From Hypanus sabinus (lineage: Eukaryota), in the NCBI RefSeq assembly GCF_030144855.1, contig NC_082725.1, forward strand, positions 29,946,001 to 30,010,000: 64,000 nt of DNA, in the 5' to 3' direction. Position numbers and translations under genes: made by a program. Shown one piece after another: positions 13,211 through 27,780 of the stretch. Position 1 is the stretch's first letter. Every line of letters begins with the position of its first letter. The notes under the pieces were generated by a model. That model ran no database searches, was not told the origin of the DNA, and was given only the letters and a program-made list of their open reading frames with translations.

Positions 13211-13335
13211 CATGGATATTTGGACATTAATTATGGAAAACATGATTATGGTTCGCCTTAGCCAATCTACACCCTTCAGAGTTCTCAAAATGGTTAACTG
13301 TCTAAGATATACTACAGAACCAGTTTCACTGTCCT
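13211..13335 (-). other. Candidate exon (125 nt, one open frame)
   Basis: tttttgttgttgctgtgcAG acceptor; ATG|GTGAGA donor. Confidence 0.25.
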
Positions 13336-14321
13336 CTGCACAGCAACAACAAAAATTACATTTTTTCTCAGTTATTTTTCAAAATACTGTGAAAATCCAC
13401 TGAGTTTTGGCATAATTATCAAGCGTTACAATGTCGGACAGCCGATATCTCTTGCAAATCACAATACTTCATCTCAAACTCAGCTGAGACCATCCATAGC
13501 CTCTAACAATCAGAAAAATAAAACTGAGCTGACGTTGAAACTGATAAAAATGCAAAATTTAAACAATTTGAAAGATGGGTGAACTTCAGGACTGGAGCGT
13601 GAGGAGAATTAACGTTTAGTTTTATTTATCCAGAAATTGAATTATCTGGGCCCATTCCCCGGAGCCTTGGAGTCCAATACCTAGGCTCATGTATTGCAAA
13701 GCTTTATTGAATTCTTCATGCATGGGCGATTCCCCGCAGAAAGCTGCAAAGATTCTAAAGCAAAACAAACTAATATTCAGAAATGATACCTAATCCTGAA
13801 GCCAGGCTTGCATCCTTGACAGAAGCAACGTGCCTTTGTCATAGAGCTCCTTGGCAGTGGCACATGTGCAACACATTTAACTGCTCATGCTTCTGGTTTA
13901 GAGAAAGGGATTTAATATTTCTCTATACAGCACAGAAAGAAATGAAATTCAATTTGTTGATGTGGTTGCACTTGGAAGCACAATCCACCTCATTACTGAA
14001 CATATTTGTTAATCAAGAGAAGGAATATTCACAAATTTCCATGAACTAGCTATTACTGCTACTGTCAGTGGAATAAAACTATAGCAGAAAATATTGATAA
14101 GCAACTTGTGGGTTTGTACTGTGTTGGCACTCAGATATTTATCTAAAATATGTGGCAGATGCTCTGACTACTTTGCAGATTTGGATGCTCATGCATCACG
14201 ATCTTGTCTAGAGTTAAAAGTTGAGCATTTACTGTATATATTAATCTGCTTTCAACTAACAAGCCAGGATTATATTTTGACTCAAATGCCAGGCACCACA
14301 ATGTATGGTGGGTAAGGACAA

Positions 14322-14539
14322 TGTGGTGAACTACATATAGCTGTCTAGACACTCCCCCCCCCCCCCACTGACTGCTCCCGTGGCTCCTCCCACAGACCCC
14401 TGTATAAAGGCGATTGGAGGCACAGCTCCTTCCTCAGTCTCCAGGATGTTGTGTGGTGGTCACTTGCTGCTTGTGCTTTCTTCCAGCCAATAAAAGCCTA
14501 CCTTAACTCACTTCTCTGAGAGTAATTGATGGTGCATCA
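14322..14539 (+). mobile_element. Solo LTR (218 bp)
   Basis: TG...CA ends, TATAAA and AATAAA inside, perfect 5-bp TSD GACAA; second copy at 52702-52917. Confidence 0.9.
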
Positions 14540-14894
14540 GACAAGTAATTTCAATTAAGACTTTTTAATTCAAGACTAGTAATCCATACAGTTTGCAACA
14601 TTCGCCAACACTCCATCATCCTTCCTATATGCCCTTTCATGTTATCATATATTTTCATTATAAATAGTTCTATATACTTGATTATAAACAATAATATTTC
14701 TTTTCTCAAAGATTCATGAACCTTTCGAATCATCTGCCCTAGAGAGCTGTGCAAGTGGAGACATTGAATGTATTAAAGGCAGAGATTGACATATATTCAA
14801 TTTACAAGTGATGAAATTCTAGATGGAGAAAATAGTAAAGTGATGTTGAGAGCATGTTTGAATCCACAAGACAAAGGAGCAATATTAGGCCATT

Positions 14895-15595
14895 CAGCCC
14901 ATCAAGTCTGCTTCAACATTCCATCATGGTTGATCCCAGATTCCACTCAACACATATACCTGCCTTCTTGTCATATCATTTGATCAGGAAACTGCCTTAA
15001 AAATACTCATGTACTTGGCCTGCATTGCAATCGGTGGCAGAGTATTCCAGAGCTTTACTACTTTCTGGCTAAAAAAATTCCTTCTTACCTCTCTAAAAGG
15101 TTGCCCCTTAATTCTGAAGCTATGCCCTCTAGTTCTGGATACCCCCACCAAAGGAAACATCTTCTCCGTATCCACCTTATCTAGACCCTTCAACATTCGG
15201 TAGGTTTCAATGAGATCCTACCACATTCTTCTAAATTCCAGTGAGTACAGGCCCAAAGCTGCCAAATGTTGCTCAAGACTCCTTCATTCCCAGAATCATC
15301 CTCGTAAACCTCCTCTAGATTCTCTCTAATGACAACACATCCCTTCTGAGATTTGGGGCTCAAAACTGTTGACAATACTCCAAGTGCAGCCCGACTAGCA
15401 TCTTATAAAACCTCAGCATTATGTCCTTGCTTTTATATTCTATTTCCCTTGAAATAAATGCCAACATTGCGTTTGCCTTCTTTATCACAGACTCAACCTA
15501 TATATTAACATACTGGGAGTCTTGCAGGAAGGCTCCCCAGTCCTTCTGAATCCCTGATGTTTGAATTTTCTTCCCCATTTAGATAATAGTCCGCT
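14895..15595 (-). mobile_element. CR1 3' fragment
   Basis: ORF 14984-15196 MLKGLDKVD...RTRGHSFRIKG...RRNFFSQ; flanked by plus-strand CR1 tail remnants. Confidence 0.85.
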
Positions 15596-16029
15596 ATGAT
15601 CTTATTTAATGGCAGATTGGGCTTGAAGGGCTGACAACTCTGCTACTGTTCCTGTTCTGTTTTACTTCTTGCATTCAACGGTAATGGTCAATCATCCTTG
15701 CTCCAGTTAGTTGCTATAGTTCCTCAGGGACACACAGTCACTTCATCAACAATATTTCTTCCATCTGAAGAGCAGAAGTAGGAATGAGCTTTCCATCATT
15801 TGAATGGCTTTTAAATTCTTTTCTTTATCATTTTCTCGGAGTGGATTGTAGTTAGCTATTTTCCTAAGCAGCCTGTAGTGTTTTGATGTGCTTAATTGAC
15901 TTGACCACTGTTTCAGAAGGCAGTTAAGAATTGACCACAGTGCTGAGAGGAAATATAATAGGCACACAGGAAAAGCATAGGATGTTTCCTACTGATAAAA
16001 TTTGGGAAACCAGCATGAGCTTTATAACT

Positions 16030-18085
16030 ATAAGGCTACAGCAGATGTTATCTCATTGGCTCTTCACACAACCCTGGAACATCTAGAGAGCAAACATGTA
16101 TACATCAGGATGCTCTTTATCGATTACATCTCAACATTTAATACCATCATCCCTTCAAAATTAATCAGTAATTTCCAAGACCTGGGTCACAATGTCCTCT
16201 TGTGCAATTGGATCCTGGATTAAAACTTGCTTGGATGAGTGTGTGCCTACAAAGACTTGCTGCTCATTCCCAAACCAAAATCTGTGGATGAACCAGGAGG
16301 TACGTCATCTGTTGAAGGCTAGATCTGTGGCATTCAAGTCTGGCAACTCAGGCCTGTACCAGAAAACCAGGTATGATTTGCAGAGGGCTATTTCAAGGGC
16401 AAAGAGACAATTTCGAATGAGGTTGGAGGCGACTTCAGATGCACGACACCTCTGGCGGGCTATCAAGACATTACTTCTTACAAAGCAAAACCCATTAGCA
16501 TGAATGGCAACGATGCTTTACTACCAGATGAACTCAGTGCCTTCTATGACCACTTTGAAAGGGTAAATACAACTACAGCTGTGAAGGTCCCTGCTGCACC
16601 GTCTCAGAGGCCGAGATTAGGCTGTCTTTAAAGAGAGTGAATCCTCACAAGGTGAAAGGTCCCGATGGAGTACCTGGTAAGGTTCTGAAAACCAGTGCCA
16701 ACCAACTAGTGGGAGTATTCAAGGAAATTTTCAACCTCTCACTGCTACAGAAGGAATTTCCCACTTGCTTCAAAAATGCAATAATTACACCAGTGCCTAA
16801 GAAGAATAACGTGAGCTGCTTTAATGACTATCACACAGCAGCACTCACATCTATAATGATGAAATGCTTTAAGAGGCTGGTCATGACTAAACTGAACTCC
16901 TGCCTCAACAAGGACTTGGATCCGCTGCAATTTGCCTATCACCACAATAGGTCAATGGCAGACGCAATCTCAATGGCTCTCCACACAGCTTTAGACCACC
17001 TAGACAACACAAATAGGATGCTGTTCATCAACTATAGTTCAGTATTTAATACCATCATTCCCACAATCCTGATTGAGAAGTTGCAGAACCTGGGCCTCTG
17101 TACCTCCCTCTACAATTGGATCCTCTACTTCCTAACTGAAAGACCACAATCTGTGCGGATTGGTGATAATATCTCCTCTTTGCTGACAATCAACACTGCT
17201 GCACCTCAGGGGTCTGTGCTTAGCCCACTGCTCTGCTCTCTATATACCCATGACTATGTGGCTAGGCATAGCTCAAATACCATCCATAAATTTTATATTG
17301 ATGCAGCCATTGTTAGTAGCCATTTGCTGCCTGTTCATCTGTTCACCTAAATATCTCCAAAATATTTCTGTTATATCTGCTTCAAACACTCCCCCTGGCA
17401 TTGTAGTCCAGGAATCTGACACTTTCTGTGTAAAAGCTTTTCACATAGCCCCTCTCACCTTAAACCTATATATACACTCTAGAATCTGTCAATTACACAT
17501 CCAGATTATTAACAAGGCTAAGAAAGTCCTCAGGAGGCTAAAGAAATTTGGCATGTTCCTTTTGACCCTCGCTAATTTGAATAGATTCACCACAAGTAAG
17601 CATCCCATTCAGATGCATAACAACTTGGTATAGCAATTGCGAGAAAAATATGGAGAGCTGAGGCCACAGCTCAGCGCATCACAGAAACTAGCCTCTCCTC
17701 CATGGACTCTGTCTATGGTAATTGTTGCCTCAGTAAAGCAACCAACATACTTGAGGATACACCAAATCTAGACATTCCCTTTGATCCCTCTTTCTTTTGG
17801 GCAGAAGATGCAAAGCTTGAAAGTACATACTTCCAGGCTCAATGACACCTTCTATCCTACATTTAAGAAAATTAAATGGTCCCCTAGTACTATAAGACCT
17901 TGACCTCACAATCTACCTCATTATGGCCATTCTCTGTAAAACCTTATCCTGTATTGTTATTGTGCTTCCATGTACTACCTCATTGTAATGATGTGATAAA
18001 ATGATCTGTATTGATGGTAAGCAATTGATGGTAAGTTTTTCACTATATCTCAGTTCATGTGACAATAATAAGCCAAGTTACCGTA
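16030..18085 (+). mobile_element. Rex1/Babar LINE composite (two RT pieces plus 3' end)
   Basis: DPLQFAYHHNRSMADAISMALH, FINYSSVFNTIIP, APQGSVLSPLL in ORF 16637-17350; same RT motif again in ORF 16002-16223. Confidence 0.85.
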
Positions 18086-18562
18086 ATTTTCATAAATGTT
18101 ATTTGGTTCTGATAGGTCACTCTCCAGTATCTCATGCTTTTGTGAAATTAATCCAAATTTGTCCACTCTTGATTGTGAAACAAATGGGACTGTTAAACTG
18201 AGAAGCTGAACTATACACTTTGGTGTTTTATGAGAACTGCATACTAAATCTGGACTAGTTAGTTATTAATAAATGCACTTGTCTGAATGTACATTCTATT
18301 ATTTTGACAAAGACACTTCTTCAATAACCTTGATATTTCAGATTTTTATTATAGGACAAGGGGTTTAGTACAATTCCCAGGATAAAATGTAGATAATTTC
18401 AACTTGACAAAATTAGCACTAAAGGCCTTAAAATTGAACTGAAGCAAAAATATGACTCATCTCTGTTAGGAGAGGGAAATATCAAATTTCCATTGCAACA
18501 GTGAAAATTTAGAAATCCAGCAAGTTCCATATTGAGGAGAAGTGATGATATTCAGCCTTTGT

Positions 18563-18735
18563 AAACACAGAAAATGCTGGAGGAACTCAGCAGGCCAGGC
18601 AGCATCTATGGAAAAGAATAAACAGTCGTCCTTTTGGGCTGAGACCCTTCCTGGCTGGCCTGCCCTGCTGAGTTCCTCGAGCATTGTGTGTGAGTGTTGC
18701 TTTGGATCGATCTGCAGATTTTCCCATGTTTGATA
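18563..18735. mobile_element. Short fold-back Penelope-like terminal fragment
   Basis: AATGCTGGAGGAACTCAGCAGG (18573) pairs with CCTGCTGAGTTCCTCGAGCATT (to 18685). Confidence 0.7.
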
Positions 18736-18844
18736 TTCAGCTGTTTAGTGTGTGTACACCAACAAGGACAGACATAAACCCCAAGTATGTTAATGCTGGG
18801 GTTTGCAGTGATGATAATACCACTGAATGCCAACTGATTATCTG

Positions 18845-19900
18845 AGACATTCACAGTCCGATCGTTGTTTGCCTTTTATCAGCCAAAACCTGGATATTGT
18901 CTTGGTCAAGCTGCATGGAGTGTCCCATTTCCTGGGGAGTTGCAGTGAAATTAAACACCATGCAATCATCAGCAAACATCTCCACCTCTGACATTACAAT
19001 AAGTAGAAACAGCTGAAGGTGACTGGATCTGGAACATTGACCCAAGGAACTCTTGAGTGATGTCCTGGGGCTGAGTTGAATGACTTCCAACATCCTCAAT
19101 CGTGTTTCAATGTATGGTATTACCTTTACCAGGATTTATTGATGTTGCACTTGATCAAATACAGCCTTGATCTCCAAGACCATCACACACCGTATTCCTG
19201 AAATTCAGCTCTTGAGTCCATGCATAGGCTGAAGTTGTGATAAGGTCTGGAATGGATATTCTTGGTAAAGCCCAAAGTGGACATTAGTGAACTGACGACT
19301 GTTGAATAAGTCCCATTTGATACCAGTGCAAATGACACCAGTGGAAAATAGTAAGGCTTGGCAAATTTCCACACTGCCAAGTAAACAGCAGTGTTATAAT
19401 TGCAGAGGAACAGCTTGGGTAAATCAAGACTAGCTTCAGTGATGGTGGGGATCACAAGACATTGCCAAGTTGGATCATCCACTTGGCATTTGTGGCTGAA
19501 CAGATTTGTTTCAGCTTTGTCTTCAGCATTTACAAGTTGGGGCTTGCCATTTCTGAAAATGGAGATGTTTTTGAGCCTCATTCCTCCGTTAGCTGTCCAA
19601 TTATTCATCAAAGTTCACGACTTGATGCAACAAGACTGCACAACTTAGATGTTATCCATTAGTTGGGAGCTTTATCTATTGCCTGCTGCTGTTTGCTCTT
19701 CAACAGATATGTTGTTGTAATTTCATGGTTTATAGTTTAAAAATAGTTGGTGTGGCTCCAAGAAGGCTCTTCTGCTCTGTCTATTGAACTGAGCTTGATC
19801 TCCTGCTATGTAACAATGATGGAGTGAAGAATATGCAGAGCCACAAGATTGATACAGTGGTATCAAGTGACATTTTCTTAATAGTAGTCTGCCATTTCTA
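18845..19900 (-). mobile_element. Old CR1/L2-group LINE RT relic
   Basis: EVEMFADDCMVF (ORF 18851-19099) and EDKAETNLFSHKCQVDDP (ORF 19183-19611). Confidence 0.65.
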
Positions 19901-20059
19901 CTGCTGCCAGAGGCCCTGTTTTAACTTGTCCAGTCTATTCTGAATATATCATACTAGACATTAAGATAGACTGGTAAAATACAATTGAGTTATCCATCCA
20001 AGTAGCATCTGTTTTTTTTTTGTTACTTTATGTTTATGAGTGCACAGAACCAATGCAAT

Positions 20060-20540
20060 CAAGTCTATAACTCTGCTTGACCTTTGATATTCCTTTGATC
20101 CATCTCTAAATAATCCATGCTCCCTTCTGCATCTTGGTCTGTCAAGACTCATCTGTTGCTGAATCCCTCAGGTTCTTCAGTCTTGAAATTCCAGTCCAAG
20201 TTGGCTGGATCAACCTGAACTCATCCAAAGCTCTTGTTACTGATTTCAAATGTCCTTTTCCTGCTTCATCGCTGTGATCATTGATCAATATTGTACATCT
20301 GATACCACTGCACTTCAGTTTTAAAATTCTTGCCTGTGGTCTTGGTGATGTTGATGACTAAACTTAGATGGGTTTTAAGATGATTCCATTTCTTTGCAAA
20401 TCATTTGGAGAGTTGTTGCAACTCTTTCTTCATTTGCTTCTATCTTTATTCACCTTTTTCCTTACCCAAAGAACAGGGTGTAGGCATAATAATCGGTTAA
20501 ACACCAAATGACTTGTCCTTGTTGCTTCCATCTAATTTAT
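20060..20540 (-). mobile_element. Possible highly decayed RTE-type LINE fragment
   Basis: Minus strand VINITKT resembles the post-YADD 'GL.IN..KT' motif; weak. Confidence 0.35.
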
Positions 20541-22849
20541 CGCTTGATATGTCCATGCATTCAGTAGAGAGGTGGCAGTAGTTCACTACAAAATTATTTT
20601 GGACCAGATGGATTTAAATATTTCTATAAAACATGTTCTCTTGTCATATGGACAAGAAGTTGGACGGTTTGTTTTTTTAAAAAAATAGCTTATTAGAAAA
20701 TATTTGTCCCAATAATTGAATAACAACAGCTGAACAAGTGCAACTATTATGGAAATACATGTCATTGGCTCTCTGTCTGTCATTCTAATTTTATAACTTG
20801 CTGTAAACTGATTCTTTAGAGTAACGAAGATAATTTGTTTCCTTTATGCCTACATTGTGCCCAGCAAGGATCCCTTTCTGACAGTTAATGACAGCAATGT
20901 TTATATTTGCTAAATCATGCAGACAATTGGAATTCGGAAAAGTATCCTTAATGCAAGTACGTAGAATTATCTTCAGTTATTAAGGCAAACACAACAAACT
21001 AATCTTATGTTACACTCAAACTATGAAAAGGGGTGCATCTTGGATAAGTTTGCAACTTGTTCCTTATCATGCAGCTTTACCGTGGTCCTAATCGATCAAC
21101 ATAATGGAAGTAAGTGGCCTCTACCCCTTTGTTAATCAGTCCATCCTGTGTTTGCAGATGGCAAGTCTAGTTCCATTCCACCCATTTAAATATATACATT
21201 GTTACATGATTTCTGAATCTCTTCCCTGAGTGCAAAAGGCATTTGTTTTTGTATTTACTCTATCTTCTATTGCTAAATCCATCCAAGTCATATCTGAAGC
21301 AGAATACAAAATTATTTGGTCGGTAGTCCGCAGATGCATCAAGCAAAAATCAATAGGGAAAAGAAATAAAATATATGGAGGACAGGAGTAGATAACTTTT
21401 CTTTAAAGGTTTGATGAGAACATTGATGTTGTCAGCAGTACCAATGTTTCATAAGGAAGCCTCTAAAAAGACACCATTGCATTGCTTATGAGGATTGCCA
21501 CCCTATACATGGAGCCTACCTTGCCTTCAATCTAGAGTTTACTTCTTTTTCAACATTAGAATGAATGAGAGCGTGATGAACAGGTTGTAGCAAAATTGAG
21601 CAAAAAACCTGCAGCTGAAGGAAATATGAAATAAAAACAAAATATGCTGGAAACAATCAGCAAATCAGGTGGCTTCTGTTGAAGAAGGATGAGACTCTGA
21701 CCTGAAACATAATATTTATTTCTATTTACACCCTTAGCCTTTGTTGTTTTTAAGACCACTGGCAGCAGAATTTAGCTTTTAATGATCCAATGCATACCTA
21801 CGTTAAAGGTTAAGAACACAGCCAGATGCTCATAGAGCTATTTGCTCATAAATTATGTGATTGAAATAGGGTGGCTGATGGAATGGGGCTGTGGATATCT
21901 CTGAATTTCCAAGCAACTAGACCAGCATCTAAACACTTTACATATACCTGGGATATTTACACATTATTAGAGGCATTGGTGAATTTCTAAGTAATAATTC
22001 TGCAATTGTGATCTGTAAGCACTCTATACAGTGTTTCCATTAATTTTCTGGCAAGATATTGAAATCAATTTAGATTTCTTCTACAAATATCACATACTCC
22101 AAAATTTTAAGCCAACCAGTGTACTACACACACATCACAAAATACAGTCATTACTCCAGGGGTGGCTTCACTCCTGATCTTCAAACAATTGTCTTCTCAA
22201 ACTCACAAATAAATCTTTAATCAAAAGCAGTTACAGTAGGTTTTATTAGTAAGGACGTGATTTTTCAATAATGGATCCTGACAATCTCTGACAGTGGTTG
22301 ACTGATGAAGATATTGGATCATATGCAGATCTGATTAACAATTTGCTACTTTAGACAATCATAGTGCAACTCTAAGTATCCCAGGTATTTGTGTGTTATA
22401 TAGTGAGTTTAATATTTGTGTGTTAATCCTATCTATTATACCCTAGAGAATATTTAGACAAAAGCAGTTTCTGTTCTTGTGTAATGTGTTAAACCGCAAT
22501 AGGCATATTTATTTTTTGATGTCTTATAGATCATTAAGCTCTGGAGATTTAAGGTCAATTTTGGAGGTTGTTGATTCTAATTCCCACTCTAACCATTCTT
22601 AAGCATAAGATAAATTAGGAACTGGAATCAAAGCTACCTTAGGATGAATGTGCTATACATCAAAGCTGGCTTTGGAATATCATAATTTAAAGTGTAAGAA
22701 AGATAATATGCCAAGGAAAATGCAAATAAAGTAATATGAAAAGCAAAACAAAAGTACTCTCTCAAACTAATATTATCAGAAAGCAATCTTCCAGATTTTG
22801 GCTCTCAGTTTGTTCTTGAGAACAGGTCATATTCAAATCATTGAATTTT

Positions 22850-23375
22850 AAAAGTAGTGGATATGGCCCTGTAGTGGATATCTAGAGCCTTCCCCACCAT
22901 TCAGCATATGTACATGAAACGCTGTCGCAGGAAAGTAACATCTATCATCAGGGACCCCCCGCTACCTAAGACATGCTCTTTTCTCGCTGCTGGAGCCCTA
23001 GCCTCAGGTCTCACACCATCAAGTTCAGGAACAGTTTTTACCCCTCAACCAAAGGGGATGACTTCACTCAAATTCACCTGCCCCATTGCTGAGCTATTCC
23101 CACAACCTATGAACTTACTTTCAAAGACTCTTTATCTCATATTCTTGATATTTATTGCTTATTTATTATTATCATTATTTATTTCTTGTGTTTGCACATT
23201 TTGTTGTCTTTTGCATACTGCTTGAATGTCCATGTTGGAATGGTCTTTCAATAATTCTGTTATGATTATTATTCTATGGATTTATTGAGAATGCCCTCAT
23301 GAAAATGAATTGCAGGGTTTTATATGGTGACATATATGCACTTTGATAATAACCTTACTTTGAATTTTGAACTTT
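22850..23375 (+). mobile_element. Rex1-type LINE 3' end
   Basis: YMKRCRRKVTSIIRDP; 3' UTR ending TGATAATAA...TTTGAA repeats. Confidence 0.8.
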
Positions 23376-23744
23376 TAATGGGAAATACTGGACCAGGAAG
23401 AGATGAACCTGGATTACTAAATTTTAAGCTACCAAGACAGGTGGAAATTTTTAACCAAATTAATTGATTGTTATCAACAGCAGTACAATCAATTATGATG
23501 CTATTAAAGAAAAATCTGATTCATTAATTAACTTTGGGATAACATTATCGTTAACCAATTCAGCCTATGTTTTAATCTAGACCCACATCAATATCTCTTA
23601 ACTTTCCACCATACCAGCCTTACAGAATATCCAATTCTAACTCAATTTTGCTACACTATAACAGATAGCTTAAAAGAACTCAGTCTCCCCATCTCCAGAG
23701 AATTGGGGATGAAAATAAAATATTTTATTTTAGAATGTGCATTG

Positions 23745-24030
23745 TTAGTTTATTGAGATACAGCATTGAATAGGCCCTTCTGACCCTTCAAGTCACAGTG
23801 CCCAGCAATCCTTTGATTTAATCCCAATCTAATCATGGGACAATTTACAATAAACAATTAATCTACCATATGGTATGGCTTTTGACTGTGGGAGGGAAGC
23901 AGAGCACCTCGAGGAAATCCATGCAATCACAGGGAGAACGTACAAACTCCTTACAGATTGTGGCAGGAATTGAACCCAGGTCACTGGTACTGTAAAACAC
24001 CATGCTAGCCACTATGCTACCATGCCACGT
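23745..24030 (-). mobile_element. tRNA-derived V-SINE-like element
   Basis: GGGTTCAATTCC B-box and TTTCCTCGAGGTGCTCTGCTTCCCTCCCAC on the minus strand. Confidence 0.8.
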
Positions 24031-26364
24031 TTAAATATATTGCTTTGAATGATGTCAAAACATAGAGAAAGAATTTTTAAAGCAAATTTGGAAATTTGGA
24101 TGTTAAACAGGCGAGTCTGGTACCTAATCTGTGATCAATACTGATTCAACATCAAGAGCAAAACCTCAAATAATCATCCTTATGCAAATAATCATTAAGA
24201 ATGTTTACAAATATCAAATAGTTTATGAAGGTTTAAGGATATCCTCATGGATAAGAAATTAATGTAATCATTGATATTACGATATATTATGTCAAAGTTA
24301 TAATTAATTTCAATATGTTAATTCATTGTTACTTCTCTTAACTGTATTTAAAGTTTGATTCAAATGCCATATCAGCAAGATTGTTATTTTGTGCTCCTGG
24401 TGTTGAATTTCAGCTGTCAAGAATGTAGGCCCAGTAATCAATGGACTTACAGCTTTTTTCAATCATCTGCTTTTCACAAAGTTTGCCCAGTTGATTTACC
24501 ATATTCGTGGTTCACCCATCCCAGCATAATAGAGGTGAAATTAGATTCAAGGTAACAATGTCATGGTTTTCCCAAATATGAAAACAAAAATAAAAATGCA
24601 AGCTCTTCCAGGCCCTTTACAGAAGACTCTATTTCATTTTATTACAATAAGGATACTATTATATAGATTGGTATTGTAATACGTCAGACCACTGGACCCA
24701 GTAAAGAGACTTTTATCTGAAATGTTAACATACTTCTCCATCCATTAGCTCAAGATATGCTGCCTGGCTTGCTGAGTGCTTCCAGCATTTACTGCTTTTA
24801 TTTCAGATGTATCACATCAGCTGTTTGTTTTTCTGTTTTCAGTTGGTATCCTATAGTTAGTTTTATCAAGTTATATTTTTATACTTTAAGGGCTTTTATT
24901 GTGAGAGGATGTTTTAGAATACAGATGCACATTTCACATTCTAAATATCAATTGTACAGATCTGGCAAAACATTTCTTTTATTATCCAAGGAAGCACAAC
25001 ATAAAAGTGTCCAAAAACTTGTTATCTCCAATGTGCTTTGTAGAGCTTGAGCTCTTTGATATCTGCATGCTCTAAAACAAAAATGAAATTGGATTTGAAA
25101 GAGTTGATCCCATAATTTGACAGGGATCTTTGATCTTGGATCTCCCCAAAACATTTGAAGATGCTTCTGAAAATATAGTATCACTATCAAATCTGTAACA
25201 AAAGCTTGGACTAAGAGCGGATATGGCACATGTTTATGTATCCCCCAATATTTGTAAAAATCAGTGATGATGTTTAATGAGTAGTTTACATTTTTGAGAA
25301 GTGATGGGGTAGACAGAGAAACCTATCATGCTGGTGTGGAAGTCTTGAGCAACATTAGTCAGGCAGATCTGAGGAAAGTGATTCAAACAAGGGCCAGCAG
25401 AATTGCAAACTAGTCTTCTACAAAATGCAGTCATTAATCATTTTGAAAGACTCTCCTTAGTTCAATTTACAGAACAAAAGTTTATAAAAGTGGGTTAAGG
25501 TGGGACGCCGGTCATGAATAATAGACAACTGTAATCAAACATGGGTTAGAAACACTGACTGGGTGTCATGAGTAATGTTTCATTCAATTTTCAGCACTTA
25601 ATTTATTAACATCATTAAACATCATTAATTTAGGAGTAAATTGCAGGTGACCTAATGCTTGTTTCTATGATTTGATGAAGGAAAATGTCACAAGGCTTAT
25701 GTTGGGGTTATGGCCTATTTCTGTGCTGCATCCATTTATTTATCTTTTTAATCTTGTAATGTTATTTTAATGAAACTGGGAAACAGAACCCTGGGAAAAG
25801 TGCCAAAATTATACAGGTAGGGATTAAAAATTTAATATCCTTGTTCCAGTTAATTATCACTGTTTAAGATACAAATGCAATTTTATTTCCACTTTGTAAA
25901 TATTTTAAGATAATAACATTTTCAATTGCCCACTCAATGTCAAAATGAGCATCTACCCAAATCAAAACAAAAATCCATCCATAAGGAGACAACGTACAGC
26001 CCCCACATGAGGTGGGGTTGTAATATAGGAAATAGGACATCTCAGGATTTTCTGTAACAAAAGCAAGTTACAAAAAACTGTATTTTGTTTCTATTTATTT
26101 CTTACTCAAATGCATGAATTCCCTGAATCTTGAGCAATAAAGGTGCTCAGTCAAGAACGCTGACTGTTTAAACCCTCTATAAATATTGCCTGAGCTGTTG
26201 AATTCCTCCAGCATTTTGTATTTTTGCTCTGGATTTACAGCAGCTGCAGCATCTCATGCTTATTAATTCAATGAGTGAATTATATTCCATATCTCAAATT
26301 ATTCTGACGTGATTTATGAATCTTGCAAAAGCAGATGTTCAGAACTTGAACAGTCATAATATGG

Positions 26365-26990
26365 GAATCAAAGTTCAAAGATACAAGTAAAGTATTATCA
26401 GAGTACATACATGTCACCACATACAACCATGAGATTCTTTTTCTGCGGGCATGCTTAGTAAATTTATAGAACAGCAATTGTAAAGAGGATCAACAAAGAG
26501 TCCTGAAAGTGAGATCATTGGTTGAAGAAACACCAGAACTGGAATGAGTGAAGTTATTCTCTTTTGTTCAAGACCCTGATGATTGAAGGTTAGTATCTGT
26601 TCTTGAACCAGGTAGTGAGGGTACTGAGGCAATTGCACCTTTTACCTGATGGCAGCAGTGAGAAAGAGCATAGCCTGGGTGGTGAGGATCTTTGATAACG
26701 GATGATGCTTTTCTATGGCAACGTTTCATGTGGATGTTCCCAATGGAGGCTTTACCTGTGACGTACTGGGCCGCATTCACTACCTTTCATAGGATTTTCC
26801 ACTCAGAGGCATTCGTGTTCCCATACCAGGCCATAGTTCAGTCAGTACACCTTCCACCACATATCTATAGAAGTTTGTCAATGTTTTTGATGACATGCTA
26901 AATCTCTGTAGACTCCTAAGAAAGTGGAGGCACTGTTGTGCTTACTTTGCAATTACATTTATATGTTGGGTCCAGTACAGGTCCTCTGGA
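26365..26990 (-). mobile_element. Rex1-type LINE 3' end
   Basis: ORF 26568-26780 IHMKRCHRKASSVIKDPHHPG. Confidence 0.8.
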
Positions 26991-27529
26991 GTCACCTGTA
27001 TTTTAATTTTAAAAATCCCATAGTTACATGCTGATTTATAAATTTGTGTCTCAAACTTCTAGGATGCCCTGGAATGGCACTGCAATTGAGCACAAGGGAC
27101 TGGATAGAGAAAAATTATGCCCTGCCCTTATTCTCAGAGGCCAACAGCTGCTGGTAAAGCAGGCTGACTTCTGTATGGTAGGTATGAATAGGTGGTGTCA
27201 TCAGAACCAGCATCAGTTGTGAGTTGTAGGGATACGAAGAGAAATACTGTGTGAGGGAAGTTGAGACTGGCAACATATTACGATAGGAGGAAAGTGTAGA
27301 ACAACGATCCTTCAGGAGTGTTCACTTCAATGTAAGGACAAAAGTATGTAGGGAAGTATTCCACATTTTGTGCAAGACTTCATAGTTGACACCAGGCTAA
27401 TAAGAACATGAACAAGACGCTATGCCGAAGAAGTGTTATGCAGAGAATGTGGTCAGACCCTGCAGACCTGCTGCAGAGCTCACCTGGGAGTTGCAAGGAT
27501 AGCTGATGCAAGAAAATTCCTGATCAAAC

Positions 27530-27780
27530 TTTTATTTTACTGTGATACAGCACAGAATAGACCTTTCAAGCCATGTCACTGGGCAACCCCCAGATTTAAC
27601 CCTAGCTAATCCCAGGACAATTTACAATGAACAGACAGTACATCTTTGGACTGTGGGAGGAAACCCACAAGGTCACGCAAAAAATGTACAAACTCCTTAC
27701 AGAGAGCGGCAGGAATTGAACCTTTTTGCAGGTAGCGTAAAGCATTGAGCGAATCACTATGCTAGTGTGCTACCCCAAGT
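27530..27780 (-). mobile_element. tRNA-derived SINE
   Basis: Homologous to 23745-24030 (GGCAGGAATTGAACC, TACAAACTCCTTACAG). Confidence 0.75.

Noticed and set aside
20561-20582. Second CTCF-like motif AGAGAGGTGGCAGTAG
   Set aside because: Poor 5' half; such matches are common by chance
27040-27520. Possible Harbinger or other transposase remnant
   Set aside because: No convincing motif could be read in any frame
1855-27735. tRNA genes suggested by B-box motifs
   Set aside because: These are decayed SINE heads with no cloverleaf
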